Source: Candidatus Omnitrophota bacterium (GTDB lineage: Bacteria; Omnitrophota; Gorgyraeia; JABMRG01; JAFGKX01). From it: a stretch of DNA of 64,000 nt. The translations under genes were made by a program, and so were the position numbers. Location of the stretch: assembly GCA_043797125.1 (NCBI GenBank), contig JAZDPX010000006.1, positions 6,921 to 70,920 of the forward strand, in the 5' to 3' direction. Of this stretch, positions 28,588 through 40,214 are shown one piece after another (position 1 is the first letter of the stretch; each line of letters starts with the position of its first letter). Under the pieces are notes generated by a model. It saw only the letters and a list, made by a program, of their open reading frames with translations. It did no database searches and had not been told where the DNA came from.

Positions 28588-30738
28588 CTAACTCTCTGGT
28601 AACTTCCTAGCGGTATACTTGCAGCTCGGATAATTGGAACAGCCGTAAAATAACCTACCCCTGCCGCGCCTTTCCAGAAGCTCTCCGCTGCAGCCTTCCT
28701 GGGGACATTTAATGCCGGTAGATATCGCTTTCGCGTTTTTGCATTTGGGATAATCGGAGCAGCTTAAGAACCTGCCATACCTGGAATGTTTTATTATCAT
28801 AGGTTTGCAGCATTTATCACATATCTGGTCTGTCTTTTCCTCCTCCAGCACCTCAAAAGAACCGTCGGTATTCTCGTGTATGCGTTTCGCGCTTTTGCAT
28901 TTGGGAAAACCGCTGCAGCTTAAGAACCTGCCCCTTCTTGACCATTTCAAAACCATAGGCCTTTGGCAAAGTTCGCATTTATACTCGGTTGGGACTTGGG
29001 TCTTTCTGATTTCCTGCATCTTTTTCTGGGCAATAACGAGTTTTTCAGAGAAAGGAGAATAAAAGTCCTTCAATACATCCTGCCATTTCATCGAGCCTTC
29101 CTCCACCTTGTCAAGCTCATCCTCCATTTTCGCGGTAAATTTCACGTCGAAGATGCGCGGAAAAAACTCTACCAGCATATCATTAACGGTGAAACCAAGG
29201 TTAGTGGGATAAAGAGCGCCTTTTTCTCTTTTTACATAATGTCTTTGTGTTATTATAAAAATTGTAGGCGCATAAGTACTAGGCCGACCTATGCCCTTTT
29301 CTTCCAATTCCTTTATAAGCGATGCATCTGTATAGCGGGCCGGGGGTTTGGTAAAATGCTGGGTGGGTAAAAGTTTTACAAGATCCAGCTCTTCCTTTAT
29401 CGAAAGTGCGGGGATATTAATGAAATCCGACCTTTCCTCCTTAGGAACCAATGCCAAAAACCCCTCAAAAATAATTTGAGTGCCGACACTTCTGAATAAA
29501 TAATTGTTATGCATCTTTTCTGTGTTATTAGGCGTAGCTGTTATGTCTATACTTTTTACTGACACTATGGCTGCGCTCATTTGGCTTTGCAGAAAACGCT
29601 GCCATATAAGCGTGTATAATTTGTGCTGGTCGCTGTTAAGGAAGCTCTTAATCTTATCAGGATGCCTGAAAACAGAGGTTGGCCTTATGGCTTCGTGCGC
29701 GCCCTGAACCCTTTGCTTGGTCTTAAACTTGTGCGGTACCTTCGGGATGAACTTGCTGCCAAACTCTTTGCTGATATACGAGGCGGCTTCTTTCTGCGCT
29801 GAAATATCAATATGCACCGAGTCCGTTCTCATATAAGTTATGAGGCCTACGCTTCCTTCGCCCTCTATGTCCAGGCCTTCGTATAGCTGCTGCGCCGTGC
29901 GCATTGTGCGCGATGCCGGAAATTTCAGTTTATTATACGCATCCTGCTGCATCTTGCTGGTGGTATAGGGCGGCGCGGGGGTTCTTACCTTTTTGGCCTC
30001 CCTTATATCCGTGACAATAAAATCGCTTTTGCCTATCTCGCCTACTATTAAATCCGCGTTCTCCTTATTGCTTATTTGGGCCTTTTTATCGTCTATCTTT
30101 TCTAATTTTGCGGTGAAAATATCGCCCTTTGCAACCTGCCTTTTCTTAAGACTCGCCTCTATCTCCCAATATTCCTGCGGAATAAATGCCTTGATTGCGT
30201 TTTCCCTTTCCACAATAAGCCTGACAGCAACTGATTGCACCCTGCCCGCGCTTAAGCCAAAACTTATTTTTTTCCACAATAAAGGCGAAATGCTATATCC
30301 TACTATCCTGTCTAAGATGCGCCTGGCTTGCTGGGCATTTACCTTATTCATGTCTATGTCCCGGGGCGCGGAAAAAGCTAAAGCAATGGCATCTTTTGTA
30401 ATCTGGTGAAACTCGACCCGCAGCATCTGGTTATCTTTAGTCTTAAGCTCTTTGGATAAATGCCAGCTTATAGCCTCTCCTTCCCTGTCAGGATCGGTTG
30501 CCAGATATATCTTTGTCTTCTGCTTTGCTTTATTTTTAAGTTCGCTCAGTATTTTTTTGCGCCCTTTTACCACCACATATTCGGGCTTGAAGTTATTTTC
30601 TATATCCACCCCCATCTTGCTGTGAGGCAAATCCATTAAATGGCCCATTGAAGAAGTCACCTCGTAGGCGTCTCCTAAAAATTTACTTATTGTTCTGCCC
30701 TTCGTCGGAGATTCTACTATCACGAGTGATTTTGACAT
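28588..30738 (-). CDS. topA: DNA topoisomerase I
   Basis: 716 aa. Toprim N-terminus [22 protein letters not shown], the active-site Tyr region, and three C-terminal C4 zinc ribbons (CELCQRP..., CDKCCKP..., CPQEGC...). Confidence 0.93.
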   Translation of the reverse strand: MSKSLVIVESPTKGRTISKFLGDAYEVTSSMGHLMDLPHSKMGVDIENNFKPEYVVVKGRKKILSELKNKAKQKTKIYLATDPDREGEAISWHLSKELKTKDNQMLRVEFHQITKDAIALAFSAPRDIDMNKVNAQQARRILDRIVGYSISPLLWKKISFGLSAGRVQSVAVRLIVERENAIKAFIPQEYWEIEASLKKRQVAKGDIFTAKLEKIDDKKAQISNKENADLIVGEIGKSDFIVTDIREAKKVRTPAPPYTTSKMQQDAYNKLKFPASRTMRTAQQLYEGLDIEGEGSVGLITYMRTDSVHIDISAQKEAASYISKEFGSKFIPKVPHKFKTKQRVQGAHEAIRPTSVFRHPDKIKSFLNSDQHKLYTLIWQRFLQSQMSAAIVSVKSIDITATPNNTEKMHNNYLFRSVGTQIIFEGFLALVPKEERSDFINIPALSIKEELDLVKLLPTQHFTKPPARYTDASLIKELEEKGIGRPSTYAPTIFIITQRHYVKREKGALYPTNLGFTVNDMLVEFFPRIFDVKFTAKMEDELDKVEEGSMKWQDVLKDFYSPFSEKLVIAQKKMQEIRKTQVPTEYKCELCQRPMVLKWSRRGRFLSCSGFPKCKSAKRIHENTDGSFEVLEEEKTDQICDKCCKPMIIKHSRYGRFLSCSDYPKCKNAKAISTGIKCPQEGCSGELLERRGRGRLFYGCSNYPSCKYTARKLPES

Positions 30739-30746
30739 TATTTCTC

Positions 30747-31856
30747 CTATACCCTCACATACAATTTTCCTGGCAGCTGCTTCACTAATCCCGTCATTTC
30801 AAGATTTAATAAACTTAAACACGCCTTCTGTGAATTTAGGCTAAGCCCTTCTATCAAACTGTCTATTGTCACAGGCGTATCGGAAAGGGCTTTATAAATT
30901 ACTTTGTCTTCTTCCGAAATATTAGAAAGAAGATGCTCCTTTTCCAGTTCTTTCTTATCTTTGGCAGAAAAATCTCTCAATAATTCCGGGAACAGCTCTT
31001 CGATGATATCGGATGCGTCCAAAGTCAGCTTTGCCCCTTGTTTTATTAGGTTATTGCACCCTAAAGATGTGTCTGAATCAGCATTTGCGCAAACCGCAAA
31101 AACATCTTTTCCCTGCTTTAACGCAAAATCAGCTGTTATTAAAGCGCCGCTTTTTTCCGGGGCCTCTACCACAAGCACGCCTTTTGATAAGCCGCTTATT
31201 ATCCTGTTTCTGCGCGGAAAATTTTCCTTTAAAGGCGGGGTGTCCATGGGAAATTCAGATATCAAAGCCCCGTTTAATTGAATCTCGTCCGACAGCTTCC
31301 TGTTTTCCGGAGGATATATATTATTTAACCCGCTTCCCAAGACTGCTATTGTTTTCGCGCCTTGCGCAAGCGCCTGTTTATGGGCAACAGTATCTATGCC
31401 CCTGGCCAAGCCCGAACAAATGGTTATGCCTAATTTTGCCAACACGGCGCAGATGCGCTTGGTCATCCTTATGCCATATTGCGTGCAGCTGCGCGAACCT
31501 ACAACAGCCAATGAATTCTTTGTTATGTTTTCAATATTTCCCTTTACATATAAAACTATCGGCGGGCTGCTGATGTTTTTCAAGGTATCCGGATACTCTT
31601 TATCAAAAATAGTGATTATCTTCACATGCTCTTTTTTAATAAGGTCCAATTCTTTCTGCAGGTTAAAGGCTGCCTTTGCCCTTAAGATATCATTCTCAAG
31701 AGGCCTGGCGATACCGTTATCGGAATCCGATAATTTTTTATAACCAAAGTCCGGTAAGCTGTTAAGGAGTATAAGGTCGTTTGCGGAAATTTTCACCGCT
31801 AATCCTTTTCTAAGATAACGCCAAAAATCTTGCTGACTTTTTGCACAGATAATCAC
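30747..31856 (-). CDS. dprA: DNA processing protein DprA (Smf)
   Basis: 369 aa. Rossmann-like core GLARGIDTVAHKQALAQGAKTIAVLGSGLNNIYPPEN. Conserved dprA-topA synteny. Confidence 0.85.
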   Translation of the reverse strand: MIICAKSQQDFWRYLRKGLAVKISANDLILLNSLPDFGYKKLSDSDNGIARPLENDILRAKAAFNLQKELDLIKKEHVKIITIFDKEYPDTLKNISSPPIVLYVKGNIENITKNSLAVVGSRSCTQYGIRMTKRICAVLAKLGITICSGLARGIDTVAHKQALAQGAKTIAVLGSGLNNIYPPENRKLSDEIQLNGALISEFPMDTPPLKENFPRRNRIISGLSKGVLVVEAPEKSGALITADFALKQGKDVFAVCANADSDTSLGCNNLIKQGAKLTLDASDIIEELFPELLRDFSAKDKKELEKEHLLSNISEEDKVIYKALSDTPVTIDSLIEGLSLNSQKACLSLLNLEMTGLVKQLPGKLYVRV

Positions 31857-31936
31857 AGATTAGAAGATACAGATGATCGCAGATTTTATATCTGTGATCA
31901 TCTTGTATCCTTTCATCTGTGCTAATCTGTGTATAC
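31845..31936. repeat. REP-like palindromic element, family C copy 2 (between dprA and aroK)
   Basis: cacagattagaagatacagatgatcgcagattttatatctgtgatcatcttgtatcctttcatctgtgctaatctgtg. Confidence 0.65.
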
Positions 31937-31957
31937 ATAAATGACCAACATGATTTT

Positions 31958-32476
31958 TTACAGTACCTTTTCTAATGATGCCATATATTCAATAATTTTC
32001 TGCGCTGCTTCTTCCGGTGTAAGGTTGGTTGTATCAAGTATATGGTCTGCTCTTTTATAAAATTTTTCACGCTCGTTAAGCAGCTGTTCAATCTTCGCTT
32101 TTGGATCGGTAACATTAAGCAGCGGCCTGTCGTTTGTGCGGCTTGTCCTCTGGATAATAGCATCGACGGAGGCTGTCAGGCAAAATATCACGCCGCGCTC
32201 TTTAAGGCGCTTGAGATTATCCTCGTTTATTATTGCGCCGCCGCCTGCGTCAATTATTACATTTTTATCTTTTGCCGCAGCCGCCACCATCTGGGACTCT
32301 ATTTTTCTAAAGTAACCCTCACCATTGTCTTTGAATATTTCGGCAATGGGTTTGCCTGTTTTCCACTGGATCATATCATCCAGGCAAAGGCGCTGGCGCT
32401 TCAGCTTCTCGGCCAAAATCTTTCCTATAACTGTCTTGCCGGTTCCCATAAAACCGGTTAATATTATGTTTTTCAT
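31958..32476 (-). CDS. aroK: Shikimate kinase
   Basis: 172 aa. P-loop ILTGFMGTGKTVIGKILA. Confidence 0.85.
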   Translation of the reverse strand: MKNIILTGFMGTGKTVIGKILAEKLKRQRLCLDDMIQWKTGKPIAEIFKDNGEGYFRKIESQMVAAAAKDKNVIIDAGGGAIINEDNLKRLKERGVIFCLTASVDAIIQRTSRTNDRPLLNVTDPKAKIEQLLNEREKFYKRADHILDTTNLTPEEAAQKIIEYMASLEKVL

Positions 32477-32506
32477 GGAATATTCGCCGCCATGAGGCGG
32501 CTCCTA

Positions 32507-33628
32507 CTAAAACCTCTTCACTTGTTCAATATACCCTAAATAATTTCTCTTAATCTCCGTCAATGAGTCGGAACCGAATTTTTCTAAAAAGGCGCCTGCG
32601 AGCACGATTGCGGCAACATTCTCGGCTACTACGCCGGCGGCGAAAAGAGCGCAAGTATCCGAACGCTCTGTTGCTGCCCGCTGCGGATTTTTGGTTTTTA
32701 TATTTACTGAATCAAGCGGGTTCATTAAGGTGGATATGGGTTTCATAACGCAACTTACGCGAATTGGTTCGCCGTTGGTCATGCCGCCTTCTATGCCGCC
32801 TGCATTATTCGTCTTTCTCAAGAAACGCCCATTTTTAAAATATATCGCGTCGTGGAACCTGCTTCCTCTTAACGACGACGCTTCAAAACCTCTGCCGAAT
32901 GATATTGCCTTTATCGCCTGTATTGAAAACAGTTCAAGCCCCAGGCGAGCATCCAGCTTTTTCTCTCGATCCATGCAGCTGCCCAGGCCTGCGGGCACGC
33001 CAAGAGCTATAACCTCAAAAATTCCGCCTACAGTATCGCCTTCGGCCTTTGCCTTGTCTATCGCCTTTTTCATAAGCGCTTGGGCATTTTTATCCGCGCA
33101 AGAGAGCTCTGATTTCTGTATCAATGTCTTTATTTTTATCGGAGTCAAATCATCAACCTTCGCCTCTACGCCGGCCAAGGCCTTTATGTGGCTAAGCAGG
33201 TCTATACTAAATAAGGATAAAAATTGCCTGCACACGCTGCCAACCGCTACTCTTGCAGCGGTTTCGCGCGCGCTGGCGCGTTCTAATATATCCCTGGCAT
33301 CCTGCGTATTATATTTAAGCATGCCTGCCAAATCCGCGTGCCCCGGGCGCGGGCAAATTACAGGCGCCAAAGTATCCAAACTTTTATCCTTGTTATCAAT
33401 AACAAGCGTTATGGGGCTTGCTATAGTAAGGCCTTTTCTTAATCCGGATAAAATCCTGACTTTGTCAGATTCTATCTGCATCCTTTTGCCCCTGCCGTAA
33501 CCTGACTGGCGCCTTTTAAGCTGCTCGTTTATTAAATCCGGATTTATTCTTACGCCATGCGGCATGCCTTGCAATATGGCAACCAGACAACTCCCGTGCG
33601 ATTCACCAGCAGTCATGTATTTTAGCAT
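32507..33628 (-). CDS. aroC: Chorismate synthase
   Basis: 373 aa. N-terminus MTAGESHG and internal signatures. The antisense ORF 32691-33500(+) is rejected. Confidence 0.9.
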   Translation of the reverse strand: MLKYMTAGESHGSCLVAILQGMPHGVRINPDLINEQLKRRQSGYGRGKRMQIESDKVRILSGLRKGLTIASPITLVIDNKDKSLDTLAPVICPRPGHADLAGMLKYNTQDARDILERASARETAARVAVGSVCRQFLSLFSIDLLSHIKALAGVEAKVDDLTPIKIKTLIQKSELSCADKNAQALMKKAIDKAKAEGDTVGGIFEVIALGVPAGLGSCMDREKKLDARLGLELFSIQAIKAISFGRGFEASSLRGSRFHDAIYFKNGRFLRKTNNAGGIEGGMTNGEPIRVSCVMKPISTLMNPLDSVNIKTKNPQRAATERSDTCALFAAGVVAENVAAIVLAGAFLEKFGSDSLTEIKRNYLGYIEQVKRF

Positions 33629-33660
33629 AGTGACCTCCAGAATTTTCGAAGAAAATTTTG

Positions 33661-34425
33661 TTAAAAAAACAAATACCCCAAAATATTCCTGCCCCAGAAT
33701 ACGACAACAACGGTTGCTAAAGACAAATACGGGCCGTATGGAATTATCTCAACCTTATACTTTATTTTCATAATAATGCCGACAACAGAACCAAAAAACG
33801 GGGCAATAAAAAATACAAGAAGCGCGTATTTCCATCCCAAGAACGCGCCAACCATTGCCATTAATTTTATATCCCCTCCGCCCATAGCGTCTTTTTTATA
33901 TATAAGCTTGCCGATTACGCCTATAACGTATATGGACGCGCCTGCAATAACGAGCCCCAGTATGGATTTAATAAGGCCCATATACCACAGATGCTGCTTT
34001 TGCAGCGCTGGCCATATCGCGCTAAATATCAAACCCAGAACCATTCCCGAATACGTAATCTCATCAGGTATAATCTGGTGTTTAAAATCAACAAATGTAG
34101 CTACGATAAGCCCGCCAAAAAGTATGGAATACACAAAAAACTTGATATGAGGCCCGAACACCTTATAGGTTATTGCTAATAAAACCGCTGTTAAAATTTC
34201 TACTATTATATATCGCGGGGAAATCAATTTTTTGCAAAAGCGGCACTTTCCTCTTAATAATATATAACTTACGACAGGGATATTATCCCGCCATGGGATA
34301 GGGGTTTTGCATTCAGGGCAATGGGAAGCAGGCATTACAATAGACTCTTCTTTTGGCATGCGGTATATGCATACGTTTAAGAAGCTGCCGATTATAAGGC
34401 CGAATATAAAAATTAAAAAAATCAT
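33661..34425 (-). CDS. pilD: Prepilin peptidase (A24 family, PilD/GspO)
   Basis: 254 aa. N-terminal C4 zinc motif CPECKTPIPW...CRFCKK. Polytopic membrane core with the catalytic Asp region GGGDIKLMAMVGAFLGW. Confidence 0.8.
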   Translation of the reverse strand: MIFLIFIFGLIIGSFLNVCIYRMPKEESIVMPASHCPECKTPIPWRDNIPVVSYILLRGKCRFCKKLISPRYIIVEILTAVLLAITYKVFGPHIKFFVYSILFGGLIVATFVDFKHQIIPDEITYSGMVLGLIFSAIWPALQKQHLWYMGLIKSILGLVIAGASIYVIGVIGKLIYKKDAMGGGDIKLMAMVGAFLGWKYALLVFFIAPFFGSVVGIIMKIKYKVEIIPYGPYLSLATVVVVFWGRNILGYLFF

Positions 34426-35267
34426 ATATGTCTCTCCAACGCCTGCTTCATTACCTCAACAGGGGCTTTTCTACGCGTCCATAACTTAAACGCCTCAGCC
34501 CCCTGATAAAGCAGCATTCCTAAGCCATTGGCGGCATTTACGCCCTTTGCTTTAGCGGCTTTAACGAGTTTTGTCGGAGACGGATTATATACTAAATCAT
34601 AAACAGCAAGCCCTTTGCGTAAAAGTTTTGGATTAATCGGCAAGGGGTCTGTCTTTTTCATGCCCAGCGGAGTGGCATTGACGATTAAATCAGCGCGACT
34701 TGTGACGTTGTGACTTTGTGACGTGGTGACCACTTCAATTAAACATTTCGGGAAATTTTTCCGGATATTTCTTGCCAAAGAAACCGCCTTGCTTTTAATT
34801 ACATCCACGATAAAAATCTCGCGAGCGCCTTCCTTTGCCAGCGCAAAACAAACAGCCCTGGCAGCGCCGCCTGCTCCCAACACAAATACGCTTTTACCTT
34901 TTGGCGAAAACCCGAGGTCAGCTTTAAGGCTCTTTATAAAACCTGCTGCGTCTGTGTTGTAACCGGAGAGTTTGTTCTTTTTAAGTACTACGGTGTTTAC
35001 AGCGCCAATCATGGAAACCAGCTTATCTATTCTGTCGAGATAGCGCATGCAGCTGGTCTTAAAAGGTATGGTAACATTAAAGCCGCAGATACCGGCTGTC
35101 TTGAGCGTGTTTATCGCGCTTTTTAAATTTTTCGGCTCTACGGATAACGGTAAATATATAGCCTTTATCTTTAATTTAGAAAAGGCGTCATTGTGCATAT
35201 ACGGCGACAGCGTATGCCCTAGCGGATACCCGATGACCCCATATATTTTTAATTTTGAATTTTGCAT
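34422..35267 (-). CDS. aroE: Shikimate dehydrogenase
   Basis: 281 aa. KIYGVIGYPLGHTLSPYMHN (substrate-binding signature). NADP-binding GAGGAARAV. Contains the in-frame 8-bp microsatellite insertion VVTTSQSHNVTS. Confidence 0.85.
   Translation of the reverse strand: MQNSKLKIYGVIGYPLGHTLSPYMHNDAFSKLKIKAIYLPLSVEPKNLKSAINTLKTAGICGFNVTIPFKTSCMRYLDRIDKLVSMIGAVNTVVLKKNKLSGYNTDAAGFIKSLKADLGFSPKGKSVFVLGAGGAARAVCFALAKEGAREIFIVDVIKSKAVSLARNIRKNFPKCLIEVVTTSQSHNVTSRADLIVNATPLGMKKTDPLPINPKLLRKGLAVYDLVYNPSPTKLVKAAKAKGVNAANGLGMLLYQGAEAFKLWTRRKAPVEVMKQALERHI
34692..34730. repeat. 8-bp-unit tandem repeat (TTGTGACN x4) inside aroE
   Basis: ttgtgacg ttgtgact ttgtgacg tggtgacc read directly. Same family as 11342-11376 in leuS. 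Confidence 0.7.
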
Positions 35268-35378
35268 TTTAAACTTTATCCGCCTTCGCTGTTAATGAGA
35301 ACTTCATAGTAGATATGCTTCGGCGGATAACCCGCCGTAGGCTATCTACTACGAGCCCACCCGATACACGAAGGCGGG

Positions 35379-36911
35379 TTAAGTGCATTGTTTGAGCTTT
35401 GGCTCGTGCCCGGAAACGATTTTGTTCATGGCATTAAGATATGCCTTAACGCTGGCTTCTATTATATCGGTGCTTGTGCCGCGGCCTGTAACCATATCGT
35501 CTTTTATCTGCACCTTTACAGACACTTCTCCTAATGCATCCTTGCCGCTTGTGATGGAGCGGATGGAATAATCCTTAAGCTTTCCTGTGATACGAGTTAC
35601 CTTGTCTATTGCCTTATAACAGGCGTCAACAGGCCCGTCCCCGGCAGCTTCTGTATCTATTATATTTTTATCTGCCTTGATTTTTAATTTTGCATACGGG
35701 GTATCTTTGGTCCCGCCCTGCACATAAAAATATAAGAGCTTATATCTTTCGGTAACTACTATTAACTCATCCTCGATAATGGCCTTCAGGTCTTCGTCAA
35801 AAATTGTCTTTTTCTTATCAGCCAAAACCTTAAAACGGTTAAAGGCATTATCGAGTTCCTTATCGCTGAGTTTGTACCCTAATTTTTCAAACCGCTTGCT
35901 AAGGGCATGCCTGCCTGAATGCTTTCCCAGGACAAGCCTGGTTTCTCCGAAGCCGACATCCTCGGGCCTCATAATTTCATATGTAATGGCCTTCTTTAAA
36001 ATTCCGTCCTGGTGTATCCCGGCCTCATGGCTGAAGGCATTCATTCCGACAACTGCCTTGTTAGGCTGGACATTGATGCCTGTAAGCCTGCTTACCATGC
36101 GGGATGTTTCGCTAAGCAATTTTGTATCAATGCCGGTGTTCAGATTGAAAAAATCTTTTCTGGTCTTAATCGCCATCACAACTTCTTCCAAAGAGGCGTT
36201 GCCCGCGCGTTCGCCTATGCCGTTAATGCAGCATTCTATCTGGCGCGCCCCGTTTTTAACGGCGCTCAATGAATTGGAAACAGAAAGCCCCAGGTCATTA
36301 TGGCAATGGACGCTTATAACAGCCTTGTTTATATTCGGAACGTTGTTTATAATACCGTGTATAAGTTTGCCGAATTCATCGGGTATGGCATAACCAACCG
36401 TATCGGGTATATTTACCGTTTTTGCGCCCGCATTAATAACAGCCTCCACCACTTTATAAAGAAATTCTTTTTCTGTTCTTGACGCGTCTTCAGGCGAAAA
36501 TTCAACATCATCCACAAGCGTCTTTGCGTATCTCACCGCGTCTTGCGCCTGTTTTAGAATTTCTTCCTCTGCCTTTTTTAGTTTATATTTCATATGAATC
36601 TTTGAGGTTGCTAAAAATACATGTATGCGCCCGCGTTTAGCAAAACGCACAGCTTCGAAAGCTGCGTCTATGTCTTTTTTAAGAGAGCGCGCAAGAGCGC
36701 ATATAACAGGGCCTTTTACCTTTTTTGCAATCTGTTTAACTGCCTCAAGGTCATCCGGAGAAGCAATGGGAAACCCGGCTTCTATTACATCCACCCCAAG
36801 CCTTGCAAGCTGATACGCAATCTCCAGCTTCTCATTCTTCTGAAGGCTCGCCCCCGGAGACTGCTCCCCGTCTCTTAGTGTCGTATCGAATATTGTCACA
36901 TTATCGCTCAT
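35379..36911 (-). CDS. leuA: 2-isopropylmalate synthase (LeuA/CimA family, long form with C-terminal regulatory domain)
   Basis: 510 aa. N-terminus VTIFDTTLRDGEQSPGASL, the HxH metal site (HCHNDLG), and a C-terminal LeuA dimerisation/regulatory domain. Confidence 0.8.
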   Translation of the reverse strand: MSDNVTIFDTTLRDGEQSPGASLQKNEKLEIAYQLARLGVDVIEAGFPIASPDDLEAVKQIAKKVKGPVICALARSLKKDIDAAFEAVRFAKRGRIHVFLATSKIHMKYKLKKAEEEILKQAQDAVRYAKTLVDDVEFSPEDASRTEKEFLYKVVEAVINAGAKTVNIPDTVGYAIPDEFGKLIHGIINNVPNINKAVISVHCHNDLGLSVSNSLSAVKNGARQIECCINGIGERAGNASLEEVVMAIKTRKDFFNLNTGIDTKLLSETSRMVSRLTGINVQPNKAVVGMNAFSHEAGIHQDGILKKAITYEIMRPEDVGFGETRLVLGKHSGRHALSKRFEKLGYKLSDKELDNAFNRFKVLADKKKTIFDEDLKAIIEDELIVVTERYKLLYFYVQGGTKDTPYAKLKIKADKNIIDTEAAGDGPVDACYKAIDKVTRITGKLKDYSIRSITSGKDALGEVSVKVQIKDDMVTGRGTSTDIIEASVKAYLNAMNKIVSGHEPKLKQCT

Positions 36912-36912
36912 G

Positions 36913-37905
36913 CTATTTCCTCATCCACGGCATCATTTCTCTTAGCTGCTGGCCTACCTTTTCTATTTTGTGCTCATCGCCGGCTTTTAAAAGCCTGTCA
37001 AAATTCTGGCGGCCTGTTTCATTTTCTTTAATCCACTCTCTTGCAAATTTACCGGACTTAATATCTTTAAGCATCTTCTGCATTGTCTTGCGGGTTTTAG
37101 CTGTAATAATCATGGGCCCGCGCGTTAAATCGCCGTAGCAGGCAGTATTGGAAACCCTCCTGCGCATTCCTGAAATACCGGTTTCCTGAATTAAATCCGT
37201 GATGAGTTTAAGCTCATGCAAAACCTCAAAATAGGCAATCTCCGGCTGATACCCTGCTTCCATTAACGTGTCAAATCCCGCTTTAATTAATTCCGTTACC
37301 CCGCCGCAAAGCACTGCCTGCTCGCCGAATAAATCTGTCTCTGTCTCTTCATCGAAAGTAGTTTCAATAACTCCGGCGCGCGTTGCGCCTATAGCTTTAG
37401 CATAAGCTAACCCGATTTGCTTTGCATTGCCTGTAGCATCCTGGAATATCGCCAAAAGGCACGGTACGCCTTTTCCCTCTTCATACATGCGCCTTACTAA
37501 AGCCCCCGGGCCTTTTGGCGCGACCATAAACACATCAACGTTCTTTGGGGGCTTAATCTGTTTAAAACGTATGTTAAAACCATGCGAAAAACAAAGAGCC
37601 TTACCTTTTTTTAGATTCGGTTTAATGTTTTCCTTATACACCTTTGCCTGGACATGGTCTTGCGTAAGTATCTGTATAATATCCGCCTGCTTAGCTGCTT
37701 CGTCGACGGAAACAGGATTAAATCCGTCTTTTTTCGCCTGCTCGAAATTCGGAGTGCCTGCAAGTTCGGAAACAACCACCTTGCACCCGGAATCCTTTAA
37801 ACAAAGCGCCTGGCCCCTGCCCTGGATGCCGTAACCTATAATTGCAATTGTTTTGTCTTTTATAATATTTAAATCCGCGTCCTTGTCGTAATAAATCTTA
37901 GCCAT
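36913..37905 (-). CDS. ilvC: Ketol-acid reductoisomerase
   Basis: 330 aa. [21 protein letters not shown] (NADP-binding) and the class I KARI core. Confidence 0.9.
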   Translation of the reverse strand: MAKIYYDKDADLNIIKDKTIAIIGYGIQGRGQALCLKDSGCKVVVSELAGTPNFEQAKKDGFNPVSVDEAAKQADIIQILTQDHVQAKVYKENIKPNLKKGKALCFSHGFNIRFKQIKPPKNVDVFMVAPKGPGALVRRMYEEGKGVPCLLAIFQDATGNAKQIGLAYAKAIGATRAGVIETTFDEETETDLFGEQAVLCGGVTELIKAGFDTLMEAGYQPEIAYFEVLHELKLITDLIQETGISGMRRRVSNTACYGDLTRGPMIITAKTRKTMQKMLKDIKSGKFAREWIKENETGRQNFDRLLKAGDEHKIEKVGQQLREMMPWMRK

Positions 37906-37918
37906 TTGTTCTCCTCTC

Positions 37919-38392
37919 TTAATATGCTAATGCAATTCTTCCTGTTCGCGCTAATTCCTTAATCCCATATTGATCCAGCGCCGTAAGCAAAGCCTTTATC
38001 TGCTGCTGGTCACCAACCGCTTCAATGATGGCTGTATCGCCCTTATGCTGAATGGCCTTGCCCACATATTTATTTAATATTGCTTCTAATTTCGGCTTAA
38101 TTTTTGCTGAATAACTCACCTTCACCAGAATCAGTTCGCGGTCAACATGTTCCTTCTTCGTAAAATCCGTAACCGTAATTACGTCGATAAGCTTGTTGAG
38201 CTGCTTTTTTATCTGCTCCAGTATGTTTTCGTTTTCTGCCTCTACCACGATGGTCATATAAGAAACGCACGGGTCCAGTGTTTCGCTCACTGCCAAAGAG
38301 GCGATATTATACCCTCGCGCGCTGAATAATCCTGAAACGCGCGCCAGCACGCCGAATTTATTTTCCACTAATACAGAAATCGTATGTCTCAC
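37919..38392 (-). CDS. ilvN: Acetolactate synthase small (regulatory) subunit
   Basis: 157 aa. N-terminal ACT domain [28 protein letters not shown]. Confidence 0.85.
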   Translation of the reverse strand: MRHTISVLVENKFGVLARVSGLFSARGYNIASLAVSETLDPCVSYMTIVVEAENENILEQIKKQLNKLIDVITVTDFTKKEHVDRELILVKVSYSAKIKPKLEAILNKYVGKAIQHKGDTAIIEAVGDQQQIKALLTALDQYGIKELARTGRIALAY

Positions 38393-38419
38393 ATCTAGCT
38401 CCGTTTCACTTTTTAAGCC

Positions 38420-40090
38420 TTAAGCCAGGCCCTGGATTATCTGGTTTATTGCCTGGCCGGCAGGCACCATCGGAAAAACGTTTTCCTCGGGCTCAACCTT
38501 AAAATCAATTAACACGGTGTTATCTATGCTAAGCGCCTTTTCGATAGCTGTGCGCACCTGTTCTTTTTTAGTTACCCGCATGCCTGCTGCGCCGTAACTT
38601 TCCGCCAGTTTTACAAAATCCGGATTATATAAACTGACCTGGGAATAGCGTTTTTTATAAAATAATTCCTGCCACTGCCTGACCATCCCCAGATAACCGT
38701 TATTTAATATCGCAACCTTGACATTGATTTTATTAAAGACACAAGTAGCTAATTCCTGGATATTCATCTGTATTGAGCCGTCGCCCGCAATATCAAACAC
38801 CGTCTTTTTCGGGCATCCCAATTTAGCGCCCATTGCCGCAGGAAGGCCAAACCCCATGGTGCCTAACCCTCCCGATGAAATAAAGGTCCTGGGCTGATTA
38901 TATTTATACCACTGGCATGCCCACATCTGATTTTGTCCAACCTCCGTCACTATAACAGCGTCTCCCTTTGTAATGTCATAAATCTGCTCGATAACATACT
39001 GAGGTTTAATAATACCGTCATCTTTATAAGCTAAGGGGTGTTTTTTCTTCCACGCTTTTATTGTCTTTAACCAGTCCGTAGTATCCGGAGCCTTTTTAAT
39101 CTCCTCCAATAGCTGCCCTAAGATATTTTTAGCGTCGCCTACTATAGGAATATCAACTTTAACGTTTTTGCTTATTGATGACGGGTCAATGTCTATGTGT
39201 ATGACTTTGGCTGAAGGCGCAAATGCATCAAGCCTGCCTGTAACGCGGTCGTCAAAACGCGCGCCAACAGCAATAATAAGGTCAGATTCCATAATCGCGT
39301 GATTGGCAAAAGCTGTCCCATGCATGCCCAGCATGCCTAAGGAAAGCTCATGCTCACCCGGAAACCCGCCCAAGCCCATCAAAGTTGTAGTTACCGGAGC
39401 GTGTATTTTCTCGGCTAATTCTTTTAATTTAATATTCGCGCCTGAAGTAATAACTCCGCCGCCTGCATATATGATAGGCCTTTTGCTCGCTGCGATTAAC
39501 CTCACAGCCTTTTTAATCTGGCCCGGGTGGCCGAAAAGCGTAGGTTTATACCCTTTAATTTTTATTTCTTCCGGCCAGATAAATTCTACCTCCTGCAATT
39601 GCACATCAGAAGGTATATCAATTAAAACCGGGCCCGGCCTGCCGCTGGAAGCAATATAAAACGCTTCTCTTACAATTCTGGCCAGGTCATTGGCGTCTTT
39701 GACCAAAAAATTATGTTTGGTAATCGGCCGCGTAATTCCGGTAACATCCGCTTCCTGAAATGCGTCGTTACCGATAAGGAATGTCTTCACCTGGCCTGTA
39801 ATAGCGACCATAGGAATGGAATCCATATATGCATTAGCAATACCGGTTGTTAAATTAGTGGCCCCTGGCCCGGATGTGGCAAGGCAGACTCCAACCTTGC
39901 CTGTCGCGCGGCTATAACCGTCTGCAGCGTGAGCAGCGCCTTGTTCATGGCGCACCAGGATAAACTTAAAATCAGCGTCGTAAAGTTTATCAAATATAGG
40001 CAGAACCTGGCCCCCGGGATAACCAAAAATTATTTCAACGCCTTCCCTTTTCAGCGATTCTATTAATATCCCCGCTCCTGTGAGTTTCAT
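38420..40090 (-). CDS. ilvB: Acetolactate synthase large subunit (ThDP-dependent)
   Basis: 556 aa. [13 protein letters not shown]-terminus, ThDP motif [14 protein letters not shown]...NN, FAD-binding region. Confidence 0.9.
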   Translation of the reverse strand: MKLTGAGILIESLKREGVEIIFGYPGGQVLPIFDKLYDADFKFILVRHEQGAAHAADGYSRATGKVGVCLATSGPGATNLTTGIANAYMDSIPMVAITGQVKTFLIGNDAFQEADVTGITRPITKHNFLVKDANDLARIVREAFYIASSGRPGPVLIDIPSDVQLQEVEFIWPEEIKIKGYKPTLFGHPGQIKKAVRLIAASKRPIIYAGGGVITSGANIKLKELAEKIHAPVTTTLMGLGGFPGEHELSLGMLGMHGTAFANHAIMESDLIIAVGARFDDRVTGRLDAFAPSAKVIHIDIDPSSISKNVKVDIPIVGDAKNILGQLLEEIKKAPDTTDWLKTIKAWKKKHPLAYKDDGIIKPQYVIEQIYDITKGDAVIVTEVGQNQMWACQWYKYNQPRTFISSGGLGTMGFGLPAAMGAKLGCPKKTVFDIAGDGSIQMNIQELATCVFNKINVKVAILNNGYLGMVRQWQELFYKKRYSQVSLYNPDFVKLAESYGAAGMRVTKKEQVRTAIEKALSIDNTVLIDFKVEPEENVFPMVPAGQAINQIIQGLA

Positions 40091-40111
40091 ATTCGTCGCT
40101 TCGCTCCTTGT

Positions 40112-40212
40112 TGCGCAGATGATCGCAGATTATAAGACGCGGATGATCGCAGATAAATTCTTACAACATCTGTGATCATCTTGTATCTTTTAATCTGTGC
40201 TAATCTGTGTAA
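40112..40212. repeat. REP-like palindromic element, family C copy 3 (between ilvD and ilvB)
   Basis: gcgcagatgatcgcagattataagacgcggatgatcgcagataaattcttacaacatctgtgatcatcttgtatcttttaatctgtgctaatctgtg. Confidence 0.65.
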
Positions 40213-40214
40213 AA